This document shows positions 1 through 10,587 of a stretch of DNA of 64,000 bases, one piece after another (within the stretch, counting starts at the first letter, position 1; each line of letters begins with the position of its first letter). A model generated the notes under the pieces. It was not told where the DNA came from. It did not search any database and saw nothing but the letters and a program-made list of their open reading frames with translations. Location: positions 736,001 to 800,000 of the forward strand of contig CAXRHT010000002.1 in NCBI GenBank assembly GCA_964230645.1, in the 5' to 3' direction. The DNA is from Bdellovibrionales bacterium (GTDB taxonomy: Bacteria; Bdellovibrionota; Bdellovibrionia; Bdellovibrionales; JAGQZY01). The position numbers were made by a program, and so were the translations under genes.

Positions 1-419
1 TCGGTCGAGGGAATATCTGACAGGCTCATCCTTTCAACCGGAGAGGCTGGAATGCCTCCTTGCAAATGGATCAGAGCAATGTCTCTTTTAGGATACTGAG
101 TGTTGTCGACATCCACTTCCCCATACTCGGGATGCCTTTGCACACGGGTCTGACTAGAGGCAATGGGCACTTCGCTAGTGACACACTTTATTTCAAAAGG
201 CTTTTCATCTTCTACACAGTGGGAGGCTGTCATTATTGTTTTCGAATCGATGAGAATACCTGTACAAAAATCCAAATACTGGTCTCTCTCAAAAGAGCGA
301 TCGATAATGCAGACCTGATGAAAAGCACTCGAACCTGAAACCTCTTCTCCCAGTCCTGCATTAACAGAGATTGAAAACACCGATAGAATTAAAATAAGAA
401 AAACTAAAAGTCCCCGCAT
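1..419 (-). CDS. Secreted trypsin-like (S1) serine protease, 3' end outside window
   Basis: Not in ORF track. Manual translation from ATG 419 (AGGAGG RBS upstream): signal peptide MRGLLVFLILILSVFSISVNA, CTGILID, TASHC (catalytic His) and RDIALIHL (catalytic Asp). Confidence 0.85.
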   Translation of the reverse strand, partial: MRGLLVFLILILSVFSISVNAGLGEEVSGSSAFHQVCIIDRSFERDQYLDFCTGILIDSKTIMTASHCVEDEKPFEIKCVTSEVPIASSQTRVQRHPEYGEVDVDNTQYPKRDIALIHLQGGIPASPVERMSLSDIPST

Positions 420-551
420 GACCCCTCCTTGTCCCAATAGGTCACGGCTACTTTACCAAAGACTTTCTAGCTTGGGGGTTCACTCAGGCTCATTGTGAAA
501 ACTTTACTAATTAAGAGATGAAAGAGACTCTTTTTGCCGCCCCACTAGCAA

Positions 552-586
552 AAAAAAGAGACAGTGTTTTTAACCGTCTCTTTTTT
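552..586 (-). terminator. Intrinsic terminator after DEAD-box helicase
   Basis: AAAAAAGAGAC...GTCTCTTTTTT stem with A and T tracts. Confidence 0.7.
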
Positions 587-613
587 GAATGTTATTAAAC
601 TATTGAAAGCGAA

Positions 614-1879
614 TTAAGCGTGAGCTGATGATTGGCGTTTTTTGGATTTTGAGCCAAACTTGCCTTTGCCGCGAAATTTGCCTGAGGCCTTAGACTTAGG
701 TTTGCCCTTTCCTCTGGCTTTACTAAAACGAGAACCACCTTTTTTCTTTTTCTTGTTTCTAGAAGGTTTTCTCAAGTTGTTGGGTTCAAGCATAACATTA
801 GGAATATCGTATTTTTTAACAATACGGTTCCAATCGTTGTGCTCTTCTGGAGTGACAAAACTAACGGCCTCTCCTTCAGCACCATTTCGCGCAGTTCGTC
901 CCACGCGGTGAACATAGTCCTCATCCTGCATGGGAAGATCAAAGTTAATGACATGCTCAACATGGGGCACATCAATTCCGCGAGCGGCAACGTCAGTGGC
1001 AACGAGAACTCTCACTTTACCAGCTTTGAAAGCTTTAATTGCGCGGTTTCTCTGCCCTTGGGTTCTTCCACCGTGGATCTGCTCCACAGACACTCCATAC
1101 TCGGAGAGATACTTCTTCAAGCGGTCCGTGCGATGCTTTGTTTTAAGGAAAACAATTGTGGAGCCAGCGCGAACATTGAGTTCGTTTAAGATACACTCGT
1201 CTTTGTCTTTAAAATCCACTGTGACTACAGTCTGCTTGATCTTCGCCACGGGGCGAGAGTTGTTGATCATAATGGAAACAGGATTTTTTAAATACTTCTG
1301 GGCCAATTCTTTTACTTTTTTATCAAGGGTTGCCGTGAAAAAAGAAGTTTGACGATTATCGGGAAGGAACTTCAAAATTTGTTGAAGCTGAGGTGCAAAG
1401 CCCATATCAATCATACGGTCACCTTCATCGAGAACCAAATATTTTGTTTTGTTGAGCTGTACCGTGTTTCTTTTTAAGTGATCGATCAATCGTCCGGGAG
1501 TGGCCACAATGATACGTGGTTTTCTTTGAAGCGATTTGAACTGTTTTCTAATGTCTTGGCCACCTACAAGGCGAGTGGTGTGAAAAAAACGATCATCAGG
1601 TAGAAGAGACTTCATAAATTCAGAGATTTGCTGAGCGAGCTCCCTAGTTGGGGCCATGATCAAGCCCTGCTCTTTTGGGTTTTCTAAAAGGAACTTTATC
1701 ATCGGAATGAGATAGGCTCCGGTTTTACCTGAACCCGTTTCTGAACAAGCTAATATGTCTCGCCCCTCAAGTATTGAAGGGATCGATTTACCTTGAATCT
1801 CCGTGGGCTCGACAAAACCAATTTTATCAAGAGCTTGGCTGAGAAGTTCAGGCAGGTTTAATTCATTAAATGTTTGCAT
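614..1879 (-). CDS. DEAD-box RNA helicase with basic K/G-rich C-tail
   Basis: Q motif, ETGSGKT, PTRELA, TPGRL, DEGD, TAT, HRVGRTAR. Confidence 0.95.
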   Translation of the reverse strand: MQTFNELNLPELLSQALDKIGFVEPTEIQGKSIPSILEGRDILACSETGSGKTGAYLIPMIKFLLENPKEQGLIMAPTRELAQQISEFMKSLLPDDRFFHTTRLVGGQDIRKQFKSLQRKPRIIVATPGRLIDHLKRNTVQLNKTKYLVLDEGDRMIDMGFAPQLQQILKFLPDNRQTSFFTATLDKKVKELAQKYLKNPVSIMINNSRPVAKIKQTVVTVDFKDKDECILNELNVRAGSTIVFLKTKHRTDRLKKYLSEYGVSVEQIHGGRTQGQRNRAIKAFKAGKVRVLVATDVAARGIDVPHVEHVINFDLPMQDEDYVHRVGRTARNGAEGEAVSFVTPEEHNDWNRIVKKYDIPNVMLEPNNLRKPSRNKKKKKGGSRFSKARGKGKPKSKASGKFRGKGKFGSKSKKRQSSAHA

Positions 1880-2039
1880 AAGGGGGAATCCTTTATTCTG
1901 TATTTCTTCACGAAAAGAGAATACAGCTTATCCAGATTCTCTTGAGAAAGAATGGGTGTACCGTTTATGAAGCATAGTGTCAACTGGCGTGATGCGCGGG
2001 GTGCATACTTTTTTCAAAATATGAAACTTGGATCAGGGA

Positions 2040-2378
2040 TTAACATTGATTGGGGCCACAGGCCCTCTCGTTAAGAAATCCAGAGAAATCACCCCAAAGC
2101 TTTTCGACCTCTTTGATGGTGTCGTAGTCCACGCAGTAACATGATCTGGGACCATCGATTTCGCCTTTCACCAGACCAGCTTGTTTAAGCACTTTTAGGT
2201 GCTGGCTTACGGTGGATTGAGCCATGGGGAGTTGGCTTACGAGCTCTCCACATATGCAGGATTGCTTCTCGGCTAGAACTCGCAAAATGGCGACCCGTCC
2301 CGGGTGAGATAAAGCTTTAAAAATACTCGCGATCCGGATGTCTTTTTGTGGAAACTCATTAATTGTTGCAAAGGCCAT
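2040..2378 (-). CDS. arsR: ArsR/SmtB family repressor
   Basis: FKALSHPGR, SCICGEL, QSTVSQHLKVLK; divergent from ars genes; start moved to MAFAT. Confidence 0.9.
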   Translation of the reverse strand: MAFATINEFPQKDIRIASIFKALSHPGRVAILRVLAEKQSCICGELVSQLPMAQSTVSQHLKVLKQAGLVKGEIDGPRSCYCVDYDTIKEVEKLWGDFSGFLNERACGPNQC

Positions 2379-2391
2379 ATCAAGAATGTAT

Positions 2392-2407
2392 ATCGTAAAT
2401 ATACGAT
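2392..2407. promoter_or_regulatory. Probable ArsR operator palindrome
   Basis: ATCGTA-AATA-TACGAT in the 57-bp divergent arsR/arsI gap. Confidence 0.65.
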
Positions 2408-2435
2408 TAAGCAAGATTAAATTTAGGAGATCCCC

Positions 2436-2879
2436 ATGAAACGACTGCATATCCATTTATCCGTTGATGACCTGACTCAGTCCATTGGCTTTTATACCGA
2501 TCTTTTTGGCGAGAATCCCTCAAAGCAAAAAGACGACTATGCCAAATGGATGCTTGATAATCCGAGGATAAATTTTGCCATTTCGACTCGAGGAGAAAAA
2601 AAGGGCCTCGATCACCTCGGCATTCAAGTCGAAGACGAAGCCGAACTCAAAGAAATCACGGAGCGCTTAGAAAAAGCCGACCGTGGACTTTTTGATCAAG
2701 GAGTGACCGAGTGCTGTTACTCACGTTCGAACAAAGCTTGGGTTCAAGACCCAGGAGGTATTGCTTGGGAGGCCTATCAAAGTATGGCCGACGTTGAAGT
2801 GTTTAGCCCCAAAAAAGAGACGAGCGCCAGTGCTTGCTGCGCCCCTGAAACACTCGCACCCAAATCCTCTTGTTGTTAG
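2436..2879 (+). CDS. arsI: ArsI/CadI family VOC metalloenzyme
   Basis: RLHIHL, DYAKW, LDHLG, ECCY Cys pair, WVQDPGGIAWE, C-terminal CC pairs. Confidence 0.8.
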   Translation: MKRLHIHLSVDDLTQSIGFYTDLFGENPSKQKDDYAKWMLDNPRINFAISTRGEKKGLDHLGIQVEDEAELKEITERLEKADRGLFDQGVTECCYSRSNKAWVQDPGGIAWEAYQSMADVEVFSPKKETSASACCAPETLAPKSSCC

Positions 2880-2888
2880 GCCTTGGAA

Positions 2889-3923
2889 ATGGCAACGGAA
2901 ACTAAGAAATCAATCGGTTTTTTTGAAAAGTATCTAAGCCTTTGGGTTCTTTTTTGTATCATCTTTGGAGTGGCTCTCGGTCAGCTAGTAGGAGAATCCA
3001 TTTCCTTTCTCAGTGAAATGAGTATAGCTACCGTGAATCTCCCGGTGGCTGTTCTTGTGTGGCTGATGATTTACCCCATGATGGTTCAAATTGATTTTAG
3101 TTCTCTCAAAGAGGCTGGCAAAAACCCAAAGGGATTACTACTCACCCTCACGCTCAATTGGCTCATTAAACCCTTCACCATGGCCTTTTTTGCATGGATA
3201 TTCTTTGGCAATCTTTATTCCGCTTTCTTAAGTCCGGAAATTGCCAATCAATACATTGCCGGAGCCATACTTCTTGGGGCCGCTCCTTGTACCGCTATGG
3301 TTTTTGTCTGGTCTTATCTTACCGATGGTGATCCTGGCTACACTCTCGTACAGGTGTCTGTGAATGATCTGATTTTGCTTGTGGCATTTATTCCTATTGT
3401 TCAGCTTCTTTTAGGAGTTACGAATATTGCCATACCTTTTGACACCTTGCTGGCTTCTGTCGTCATTTTTGTGGTTATCCCTCTTGTGGCTGGTTTTTTA
3501 TCCAATCAAATTTTGATCGCAAAGTTTGGTGAGAGTTGGTTCAAACAAAAATTTCTTCCAGTTTTAAAACCAATTTCTATTTTGGCTTTACTTTCAACCC
3601 TCGTTCTTTTGTTTGCGTTTCAAGGCGAAAGAATTCTGGCCTCCCCTATTGATATTCTTCTCATCGCTATTCCCTTAACCTTACAGACTTATTTTATCTT
3701 TTTTATCGCCTGGTTTATGGGCCGACGCATGAATCTTCGTCATTGCATTCTCTCTCCCGCCGCTATGATTGGAGCGAGCAATTTTTTTGAGTTAGCCGTG
3801 GCCGTGGCGATCGCCCTTTTTGGCCTTAACTCAGGAGCAGCCCTTGCTACAGTCGTTGGAGTTCTAATTGAGGTACCTGTGATGCTTCACTTGGTGAGAA
3901 TTGCCAACAAATGGAAATATTAA
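2889..3923 (+). CDS. acr3: ACR3 family arsenite efflux transporter
   Basis: [44 protein letters not shown]. Confidence 0.95.
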   Translation: MATETKKSIGFFEKYLSLWVLFCIIFGVALGQLVGESISFLSEMSIATVNLPVAVLVWLMIYPMMVQIDFSSLKEAGKNPKGLLLTLTLNWLIKPFTMAFFAWIFFGNLYSAFLSPEIANQYIAGAILLGAAPCTAMVFVWSYLTDGDPGYTLVQVSVNDLILLVAFIPIVQLLLGVTNIAIPFDTLLASVVIFVVIPLVAGFLSNQILIAKFGESWFKQKFLPVLKPISILALLSTLVLLFAFQGERILASPIDILLIAIPLTLQTYFIFFIAWFMGRRMNLRHCILSPAAMIGASNFFELAVAVAIALFGLNSGAALATVVGVLIEVPVMLHLVRIANKWKY

Positions 3924-3941
3924 TTTTTTTAGGAGAAGAAA

Positions 3942-4352
3942 GTGAAAATCTTATTTTTATGTGTCGCAAATTCTGCAAGAAGCCAAATGGCTGAAGGCTT
4001 GGCTAAAGAACTTCTGGCTGACAAAGCTGTTATCAAAAGTGCAGGTTCTGAGCCCTCTGGTAAAGTTCATCGAGATGCCATAAATGTGATGAGTGAAATG
4101 GGTATTGATATCTCAAATCACTCTTCAAAATCCATTGATGACCTACCTGCTGAATTTATGAACGAGCTTGATTATGCCATCACTCTTTGTGGAGAAGAAG
4201 TCTGCCCCGTTCTGCACTCAAAAGCCACAAAGTTACATTGGGGATATCCCGACCCTGCCGGTGTTGCAGAGGCTGAACGCCTGCAGAGTTTCAGAAATAT
4301 TCGAGATCAACTAAAGACCCGCTTAGAATCTTGGGTAAAAACGATCTCATAA
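3942..4352 (+). CDS. arsC: Arsenate reductase (LMW-PTPase fold)
   Basis: CVANSARSQMAEG P-loop, CGEEVCP, HWGYPDP. Confidence 0.92.
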   Translation: MKILFLCVANSARSQMAEGLAKELLADKAVIKSAGSEPSGKVHRDAINVMSEMGIDISNHSSKSIDDLPAEFMNELDYAITLCGEEVCPVLHSKATKLHWGYPDPAGVAEAERLQSFRNIRDQLKTRLESWVKTIS

Positions 4353-4365
4353 TATTGTTACCAGC

Positions 4366-7300
4366 TTAATCGTCGTCCAAATTGATTAGATTCATATTGT
4401 CCGGACGTTCGCGGCGGTAGCCGAAATCATTAGAGGCCGCCTGGCCAAATTGGAGTTGATAGCTCTGGTCTCCATCCTTGATATCATCATCCACTCCCGT
4501 GATCCAGATTCTTTGAGGTGAATCCCAATTTTCAGGGGTAAAAATAAGTTGGTTACCAGATACCACTCCCTCACTGTTATCACTAGAGGCATAGGGTAAA
4601 AATACGAGGTCAGAGGGTTGGGTGGTAAGGAGTACGTCAATAAAAGCACCTTTACCTTGTTCACTGGTTTTCACAGCCCCGGCTCCTGCCGAAGTACTCG
4701 GAGTGGCGAAGATTTCTCTCAACTCGTTATCAATACAAAGAGCACGTATATCATTCACTCCGACTCCGTTGTAACTAGGGTCCGGCGAATTAACGTTCAG
4801 TGAAAAATTGACGTTACGGTGATTGTCGAAATTGTTGTCATCCACACCATTGATGATAACTGTTTGAGCGACATTCCAATTGTCAGGTGTGAACCGAATG
4901 ACCGGTGTGGAAGTGTTAGCCTCCGAGTTGTCTCTTGAAGCAATGGAAACCGTAACTACCTCTGTTGGCTCGGAATTAAGAACGATCTCAAACTCTTGAG
5001 AGCTACCATACTCATTGACGATGACAGGGTGGTTTTGAGTATCAGGAAAGACACTCACACCGGGAGTGTCATCATCTTTTGTCGTGACGAAAACACTTTT
5101 TATAAGCAAAGCTGCATAGTCCGCATCGGCACTCACCGGGGCTGCAAACTCAACCTCCCAGTCTGTGGGCCCGTCTTGGATTAAATCGTCCACAGAACTC
5201 ACTGTAAATTCCTGTGGGATATTCCAATTATCCTTAGTAAATGCCAGCTGACTTTTAGAAACGCTCCCCTCGGACGGGTCATTAGAGCTAAAGTTTAAAG
5301 TCACATTCGACGTAGGCTCAGACGCAAGACTCAAGAAGACCACCTGCTCTCCTCCGGCCTCGTTAAGAGTGATACGGTCAGTATTTCCTGTAAGAGGTGT
5401 GACTCGGATACCAGGTGTGTCGTCATCTTGGTTAGAAACTACGATGTCTTGCGGATCAAGATTATTATAATTCGGGTCAGAGCTACTGGCGGGTTCCGTT
5501 ATGACATTGATGAGAATCGTTCCATCTTGAAGGGCATCATCCACTCCGCTAAAAATGACTTCCTGCTCCTGCATCCAATTGCTGCCATTAAAAACCAAAG
5601 TGCTTTTACTTAAGGCCACTTCGGTCAAATCAGGATTATTGAAATTCAAGGTCACCTCACCACTGGGAGCTGATTTAAGAGACACTTTCAGGTTTGCGCG
5701 GTTTCCGCCTTCACTGGTAACCAGTCCCAATGAAGGATTAAATCGAAAACCGGTGGAATCATTATCTAGGTTTTTTAGCTCTAAACCCGTTAAAATAAGA
5801 TTGTTGTAGTTGGGGTCAGTGCTTGAGGAAGCATTGAATTTGACTTCTACATTTTGATCCCCATCTTGTAGGGCATCATCAAGCCCTTCAACTGTAACCG
5901 TCTGGGACTGATTCCAGTTAGCGGCTTCGAAACGAAGGGATGTTTTGTCTAAACGAATTTCCGATGAATCTGAAACATTGAAACTAAGATCCACGAAGTC
6001 AGCCGGTGGCGATTGTAATTTCACGGTGAAGCTTTGTTCGCTACCTTCCTCGTCTGTATCACCAGTGAGTTCGGAAATGATAAAGCCGTGACTATCGTTA
6101 TCAAGATTTCTTAAAAAGATGTCGGGAGGATTGATACCGTTATAGTTCAAATCTGAAGAACTTGTCGCTTGTAGCTCAATGGAATAAATTTGATCACCAT
6201 CTTGTTTGGCATCGTCGAGCCCCTGTACGATCACCCACTGCGGTGTTCTCCAGTTAGAGGGTGTGAAAACAAGGCTCGTTTTATCGACATCGCCCTCATT
6301 TGTGTTTGTACTTTGTAGGGGAAGAGTGACATTACCACTTGGCGCAGAAGAGAGGCGAACACTAAACTGTGCCGAGTCACCACTTTCACTGGTGTCGCTT
6401 GAGATATTAGTGACATGTATCCCAACTTTGTCGTTATCGAAATTAAAGCCTTCGATATCACGAGGGTCAATACCGTCATAGGCAGGATTGGCACTGATTG
6501 TAGGAGCTATATTGATCCGAAAGGGTTGATCACCATCTTCAAGAGCGTCGTCAAGACCTTGAACATTCACTTCTTGAGCGACATGCCAATTCTCCTGGTT
6601 AAAAATCAATTTCGTTTTATTAATCGCAACCTCGGTGCTATCAGACACAGTTAGATCGATATCAACCTGCTGTGTGGGTGGAGACTCTAAAACAACCGAG
6701 AAAACCCCTGTCGCTCCAAATTCGTCAATCTCGCCGACAAGACTTGAAACCTGAACTCCTGGACTCGCACCACTATCCACATTCACTAAGCGATAATCAT
6801 CAAGATCAATATTTTGGAAATTGGGATCACTAGTTAAGGTCTCTAAAAGTTCAAATTGAAATTCGACATTACCATCAGCCAATGAGTCAGAAAGACCTGT
6901 CACTTGAATCACCTGAGGGGTAGACCAGTTAGAGGGAGTAAAGCGAATAAGGCTAGTATTCAAAGAGGCCTCAGTGCTATCACTCACCTGCAGTGGAATT
7001 TCCACATCGGCCAGAGGCTTTTTATTCAAACGAAGATCTAGGCGCACGTGAGCACCGTTTTCATCAGTAAAAGTTTGTGACAGATCGGAGACCTCTACAA
7101 TCCCCGTGGGATTAATGTCAAAAAGAGCTGAAAGGACACTAATACCACCGGCTGTGGATGCTTGCAGTCGATAGCCAAGAGCGGGATAATCAATATTGAT
7201 ATCATCGAAACGAGCGACCCCTCCTGTGGCGTTCTGGGTCACACCACCAATAAGGCTGGCACTCCCTGCCGAAGGGTCTTCACCAAGAGATAGGGTTACA

Positions 7301-8313
7301 GACTCAGTGGAATGACTGACAACATTGCCAAAAGCGTCCCTTAACAACACTTCAATAACTGGATTGATGGTCTCATAGGAATCAGTCGAACTAGGTTGTA
7401 CCTGGAAAAAAAGATTGTCGGTCTCCCCGGCACTAAAAACGATATCCTGAGTGCTGGTAACATCAAGCCCCGTGCCCCCTGAATCAATAAGACCTAGGAA
7501 AACTTGCTCAGCGACTTGATTCTGTAAATCGATCCGTCCCTCCCCTGCTGTTAGAGTAAGGACTCCTTCTCCGGTGGCTGATCCAGAGGCTGTCAACGTG
7601 ACCTCTCCTGAATAATCATCCACCCTGATTCCAGTGCTCGTCTGAGCTTGAACAACGATACTTGTACTCAAACCGACAGTTGTATCGCTAGGATCTAGGA
7701 TGACCAATTGGGTGGGCATTGGTTTTTTAATCGGCTCTGGTTCTCTAATGTCTCCAATACTCAGTTCTAAAGATTCCTGCTGACCCGCCTGGCAGAAACT
7801 AAAACCCTGACTGGCTATACGAGTAGAGACATAACGCTCTAAAATCATTTTTTCTGATATGATAGCACAGGTGGAATAGTTATTTTGAAAGTTGATCGGC
7901 TCTTTTGAGGACTGACATTGAAAGTAATCACTCTGACAGGAGGAAACCTCATTAAGGTTTGAGCCTTGAAAACATTTGCGACCAGAAAGAGGAACAAAAA
8001 AAGTTTCGCCCTTCTCCTGCCCTAACTTCACTTTCCATTCGGTTTTTTCAAAGCAGTCGCGGTCACCTCTTTGAAAAAAAACTTTTTCCCCCGGTTGGTA
8101 GAAAAGAGAAAGATAGTATTTGTTCTGAGTGGGCGCACCATCACAGGTAATAGAGGAAACAACCCAAGAGTGACTTGAGTTAGAACAACTCAACTCAATG
8201 GCTAAATCCTTATTTTCATCCTGGGTACAACCCAAAACAAAAATGAGAGGGAAAATACATAAACAAAGATTTGCATAAGCTTTTATTTCAGACCCTAAAA
8301 CGTACCACATCAC
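4366..8313 (-). CDS. Large exported adhesin-like protein with 8 Calx-beta/cadherin-like repeats
   Basis: Eight ~113-aa repeats with F(T)PxNWxxxQxVxVxG(L/V)DD; Cys-rich N-terminus with possible lipobox VLGC; start uncertain. Confidence 0.75.
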   Translation of the reverse strand: MMWYVLGSEIKAYANLCLCIFPLIFVLGCTQDENKDLAIELSCSNSSHSWVVSSITCDGAPTQNKYYLSLFYQPGEKVFFQRGDRDCFEKTEWKVKLGQEKGETFFVPLSGRKCFQGSNLNEVSSCQSDYFQCQSSKEPINFQNNYSTCAIISEKMILERYVSTRIASQGFSFCQAGQQESLELSIGDIREPEPIKKPMPTQLVILDPSDTTVGLSTSIVVQAQTSTGIRVDDYSGEVTLTASGSATGEGVLTLTAGEGRIDLQNQVAEQVFLGLIDSGGTGLDVTSTQDIVFSAGETDNLFFQVQPSSTDSYETINPVIEVLLRDAFGNVVSHSTESVTLSLGEDPSAGSASLIGGVTQNATGGVARFDDINIDYPALGYRLQASTAGGISVLSALFDINPTGIVEVSDLSQTFTDENGAHVRLDLRLNKKPLADVEIPLQVSDSTEASLNTSLIRFTPSNWSTPQVIQVTGLSDSLADGNVEFQFELLETLTSDPNFQNIDLDDYRLVNVDSGASPGVQVSSLVGEIDEFGATGVFSVVLESPPTQQVDIDLTVSDSTEVAINKTKLIFNQENWHVAQEVNVQGLDDALEDGDQPFRINIAPTISANPAYDGIDPRDIEGFNFDNDKVGIHVTNISSDTSESGDSAQFSVRLSSAPSGNVTLPLQSTNTNEGDVDKTSLVFTPSNWRTPQWVIVQGLDDAKQDGDQIYSIELQATSSSDLNYNGINPPDIFLRNLDNDSHGFIISELTGDTDEEGSEQSFTVKLQSPPADFVDLSFNVSDSSEIRLDKTSLRFEAANWNQSQTVTVEGLDDALQDGDQNVEVKFNASSSTDPNYNNLILTGLELKNLDNDSTGFRFNPSLGLVTSEGGNRANLKVSLKSAPSGEVTLNFNNPDLTEVALSKSTLVFNGSNWMQEQEVIFSGVDDALQDGTILINVITEPASSSDPNYNNLDPQDIVVSNQDDDTPGIRVTPLTGNTDRITLNEAGGEQVVFLSLASEPTSNVTLNFSSNDPSEGSVSKSQLAFTKDNWNIPQEFTVSSVDDLIQDGPTDWEVEFAAPVSADADYAALLIKSVFVTTKDDDTPGVSVFPDTQNHPVIVNEYGSSQEFEIVLNSEPTEVVTVSIASRDNSEANTSTPVIRFTPDNWNVAQTVIINGVDDNNFDNHRNVNFSLNVNSPDPSYNGVGVNDIRALCIDNELREIFATPSTSAGAGAVKTSEQGKGAFIDVLLTTQPSDLVFLPYASSDNSEGVVSGNQLIFTPENWDSPQRIWITGVDDDIKDGDQSYQLQFGQAASNDFGYRRERPDNMNLINLDDD

Positions 8314-8467
8314 ATATAACTATCGGTAATCAGGAAATTTTCATGAGCTATGTGGATCCTTCTACACAAAAAAGCAGTGGACTTTCTTTGAACCGTCTCA
8401 TTTTGAGATTAGCCTCAACTTTTGTCACTTTTCCAAGACTCAAAATGAATGAGACGAGTCTGTTTTT

Positions 8468-9496
8468 TTAGCGGGACGGAGGAGTGTAGTTGAGAATAGA
8501 GTTATAAACACCCGCTACAACTAAACTCATTTTATTATAGTCCAGTCTAGAGGCGGTGTCGCCGGGTTCGTGGTATTCTCGGTTTCTTAAAAAAGCGGTG
8601 TCTGTCACCATAACGGCTTTCCATCCGTATCTCCAGTAACTGCGATGATCAGAATAATCGACACCTTCAAGCCCTGGGGGTGCGCTGATGGAATAGGTGT
8701 TTAGGTCTGCAATAGCAAAAAATGATTTTTTTAACTCCTGGACAACTTGATACTCTTTTGCTGTCCCAACAAGTCCAATGAAATTCCCCTTCCAAGGGTA
8801 AAAAAGTCCAAGCAATAAGATATTAAAATGTTGGGAAAACCACTTCTCTGAAAAATATCCGATCATTTCTAGGGAAAACATCAACTCCACTCTCTGCTTT
8901 TGTTTCATCAAACTTCTAGCATGAACGGCACTTCCCATATTGCGAGTGGCGAAATAAGGGGGCTCTTCTGTGGTGTAGGCGACGAACTGAACCGGATATT
9001 GAAGTCCCGGATTTTTTTGTTTGAAAAGTTTGGCGAGCTCTAAAAGCCCCGCCACCCCGCTGGCATTGTCATCAGCTCCTGGGTTGGTCTTACCGTGAGA
9101 GTCGTAGTGAGCTCCAACCACGATCCAAGAATAAGGAGAAGAGGAATCGAAGTTTTCTGGGTACCACTTTACGATAATATTATAGGTATCAAGGCCTTCA
9201 ATAGGAACAGCCTGTGTCTCCACTCCGTAACCCATTTCTTCAAATTCCCTTATAATATACTGGGCAGCTTTTTCCAGGGACTCGGGATGGTGAACGCTTC
9301 GAGTGGGAGTAAGCCCCGCGAGGAATTCCACATGCTCTCGAAGATCACTCGGCTCGGGGGAGGCGAGCCACGGATTTCGCCCATAAGATCCTGTAACAGG
9401 AGCTCTAAGTGCAAAGAAAAGCGCTGTGTACAGAGCCATAAAAACTATGGCGCTAAGAAGCCCAATTCGTTTTAAAGATACTTTCAGTAGAGTCAT
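8468..9496 (-). CDS. M28 family metallopeptidase
   Basis: GAHYDS, GADDNASG, TTEE, LEMIG, SDH, YH; N-terminal TM. Confidence 0.9.
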   Translation of the reverse strand: MTLLKVSLKRIGLLSAIVFMALYTALFFALRAPVTGSYGRNPWLASPEPSDLREHVEFLAGLTPTRSVHHPESLEKAAQYIIREFEEMGYGVETQAVPIEGLDTYNIIVKWYPENFDSSSPYSWIVVGAHYDSHGKTNPGADDNASGVAGLLELAKLFKQKNPGLQYPVQFVAYTTEEPPYFATRNMGSAVHARSLMKQKQRVELMFSLEMIGYFSEKWFSQHFNILLLGLFYPWKGNFIGLVGTAKEYQVVQELKKSFFAIADLNTYSISAPPGLEGVDYSDHRSYWRYGWKAVMVTDTAFLRNREYHEPGDTASRLDYNKMSLVVAGVYNSILNYTPPSR

Positions 9497-9721
9497 GAGG
9501 GCAGTGTATGTCGAAAAAAATGATTTTCAAATGCCTTTTGCTCTGTAGCCTGTAAGGCTAACTCATTGGCCCGGAAGCCTTTAATTGGGGCTAGAATCTA
9601 TTGTGATTAATTTTTAATCAGATATTTTTTAGTTTTCTTCTCAACCCCTTTGAAACCCCACCTCGTCCTTTACAAAGGGTTCAAGCTTAAGGTTAAATAA
9701 AGGAAATTTCGGGGAGGGAAT

Positions 9722-10396
9722 ATGAATTCTTTTAAGCGTTTCGCTTTTGTATTATTAACTGTACTTCTAGCCGCTGGATGCTCCAGTGATATGGATAACG
9801 ACCCAAGAGTGTTTGATGTCGAGCCAGGAGACACCCAAAAAAACACACCAGTGTTTCCAACAGACTTGACCGGCCTTGAACCTCTTAACCTCATCAACAC
9901 CAAATACGATCGTTTTGATCTGAACTGTAAACTTTGGACTCAGAAAGGGCTAGGATTAAATACGAATGTCACTCCTAATGATGAGTTCACTTGGAAAGTT
10001 TCGGAAATCTACAATCAATCAGCTCAACTGGTTTTACAAAGTGTTTTAGAAAGTTACCAAGTCGATGTGGAAATCCAAATTGATGAGATTTTTCACCTTA
10101 ATGCTCACAAAGTAAAAACCACAGACGACACTTTATACAATTTCAGTCATACCCCTGAAGTTCTTCTCGCTTATCAGTACAGCGGTAAGACGTTCAAAGG
10201 AAACCAGGTCACTATTGACTCGCAACACGAAGGTCGACTTCCCATCCTGGAGAAGGTCAATTATCAGGTTGTCGATCAAAGTCATAAAACAGCCGATGAC
10301 AACAATGTAAAATATCTTTCACAAGTGGACTGTGTGATTCTTTCTGAAATCAAAACACCTTATCAACAGCAGTTTCAAAAGACAGAAAGCAACTAA
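9722..10396 (+). CDS. Hypothetical lipoprotein
   Basis: LAAGC lipobox; GGGGAGGG RBS. Confidence 0.75.
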   Translation: MNSFKRFAFVLLTVLLAAGCSSDMDNDPRVFDVEPGDTQKNTPVFPTDLTGLEPLNLINTKYDRFDLNCKLWTQKGLGLNTNVTPNDEFTWKVSEIYNQSAQLVLQSVLESYQVDVEIQIDEIFHLNAHKVKTTDDTLYNFSHTPEVLLAYQYSGKTFKGNQVTIDSQHEGRLPILEKVNYQVVDQSHKTADDNNVKYLSQVDCVILSEIKTPYQQQFQKTESN

Positions 10397-10424
10397 TTTT
10401 TATACAACAATTAAAACGAAATCG

Positions 10425-10455
10425 AAGGTCACTTTTTTGTCAAAGTGACCTTTTT
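10425..10455 (+). terminator. Intrinsic terminator
   Basis: AAGGTCACTTT/AAAGTGACCTT stem followed by T-run. Confidence 0.75.
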
Positions 10456-10587
10456 ATTTTTGGTAGACATTGCTGATCGCAGACATTTCATCATCTGGCT
10501 AGAATATTGCTGAAAAGATTTCCCGCCTCCACTCTCCAAGTAGAAGCTTTTCTATACAGAGCGGGCTTCTTTTGCTAAGGTACCGCC

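Noticed and set aside
60..338. 92-aa plus-strand ORF
   Set aside because: Antisense to the trypsin-like protease on the minus strand
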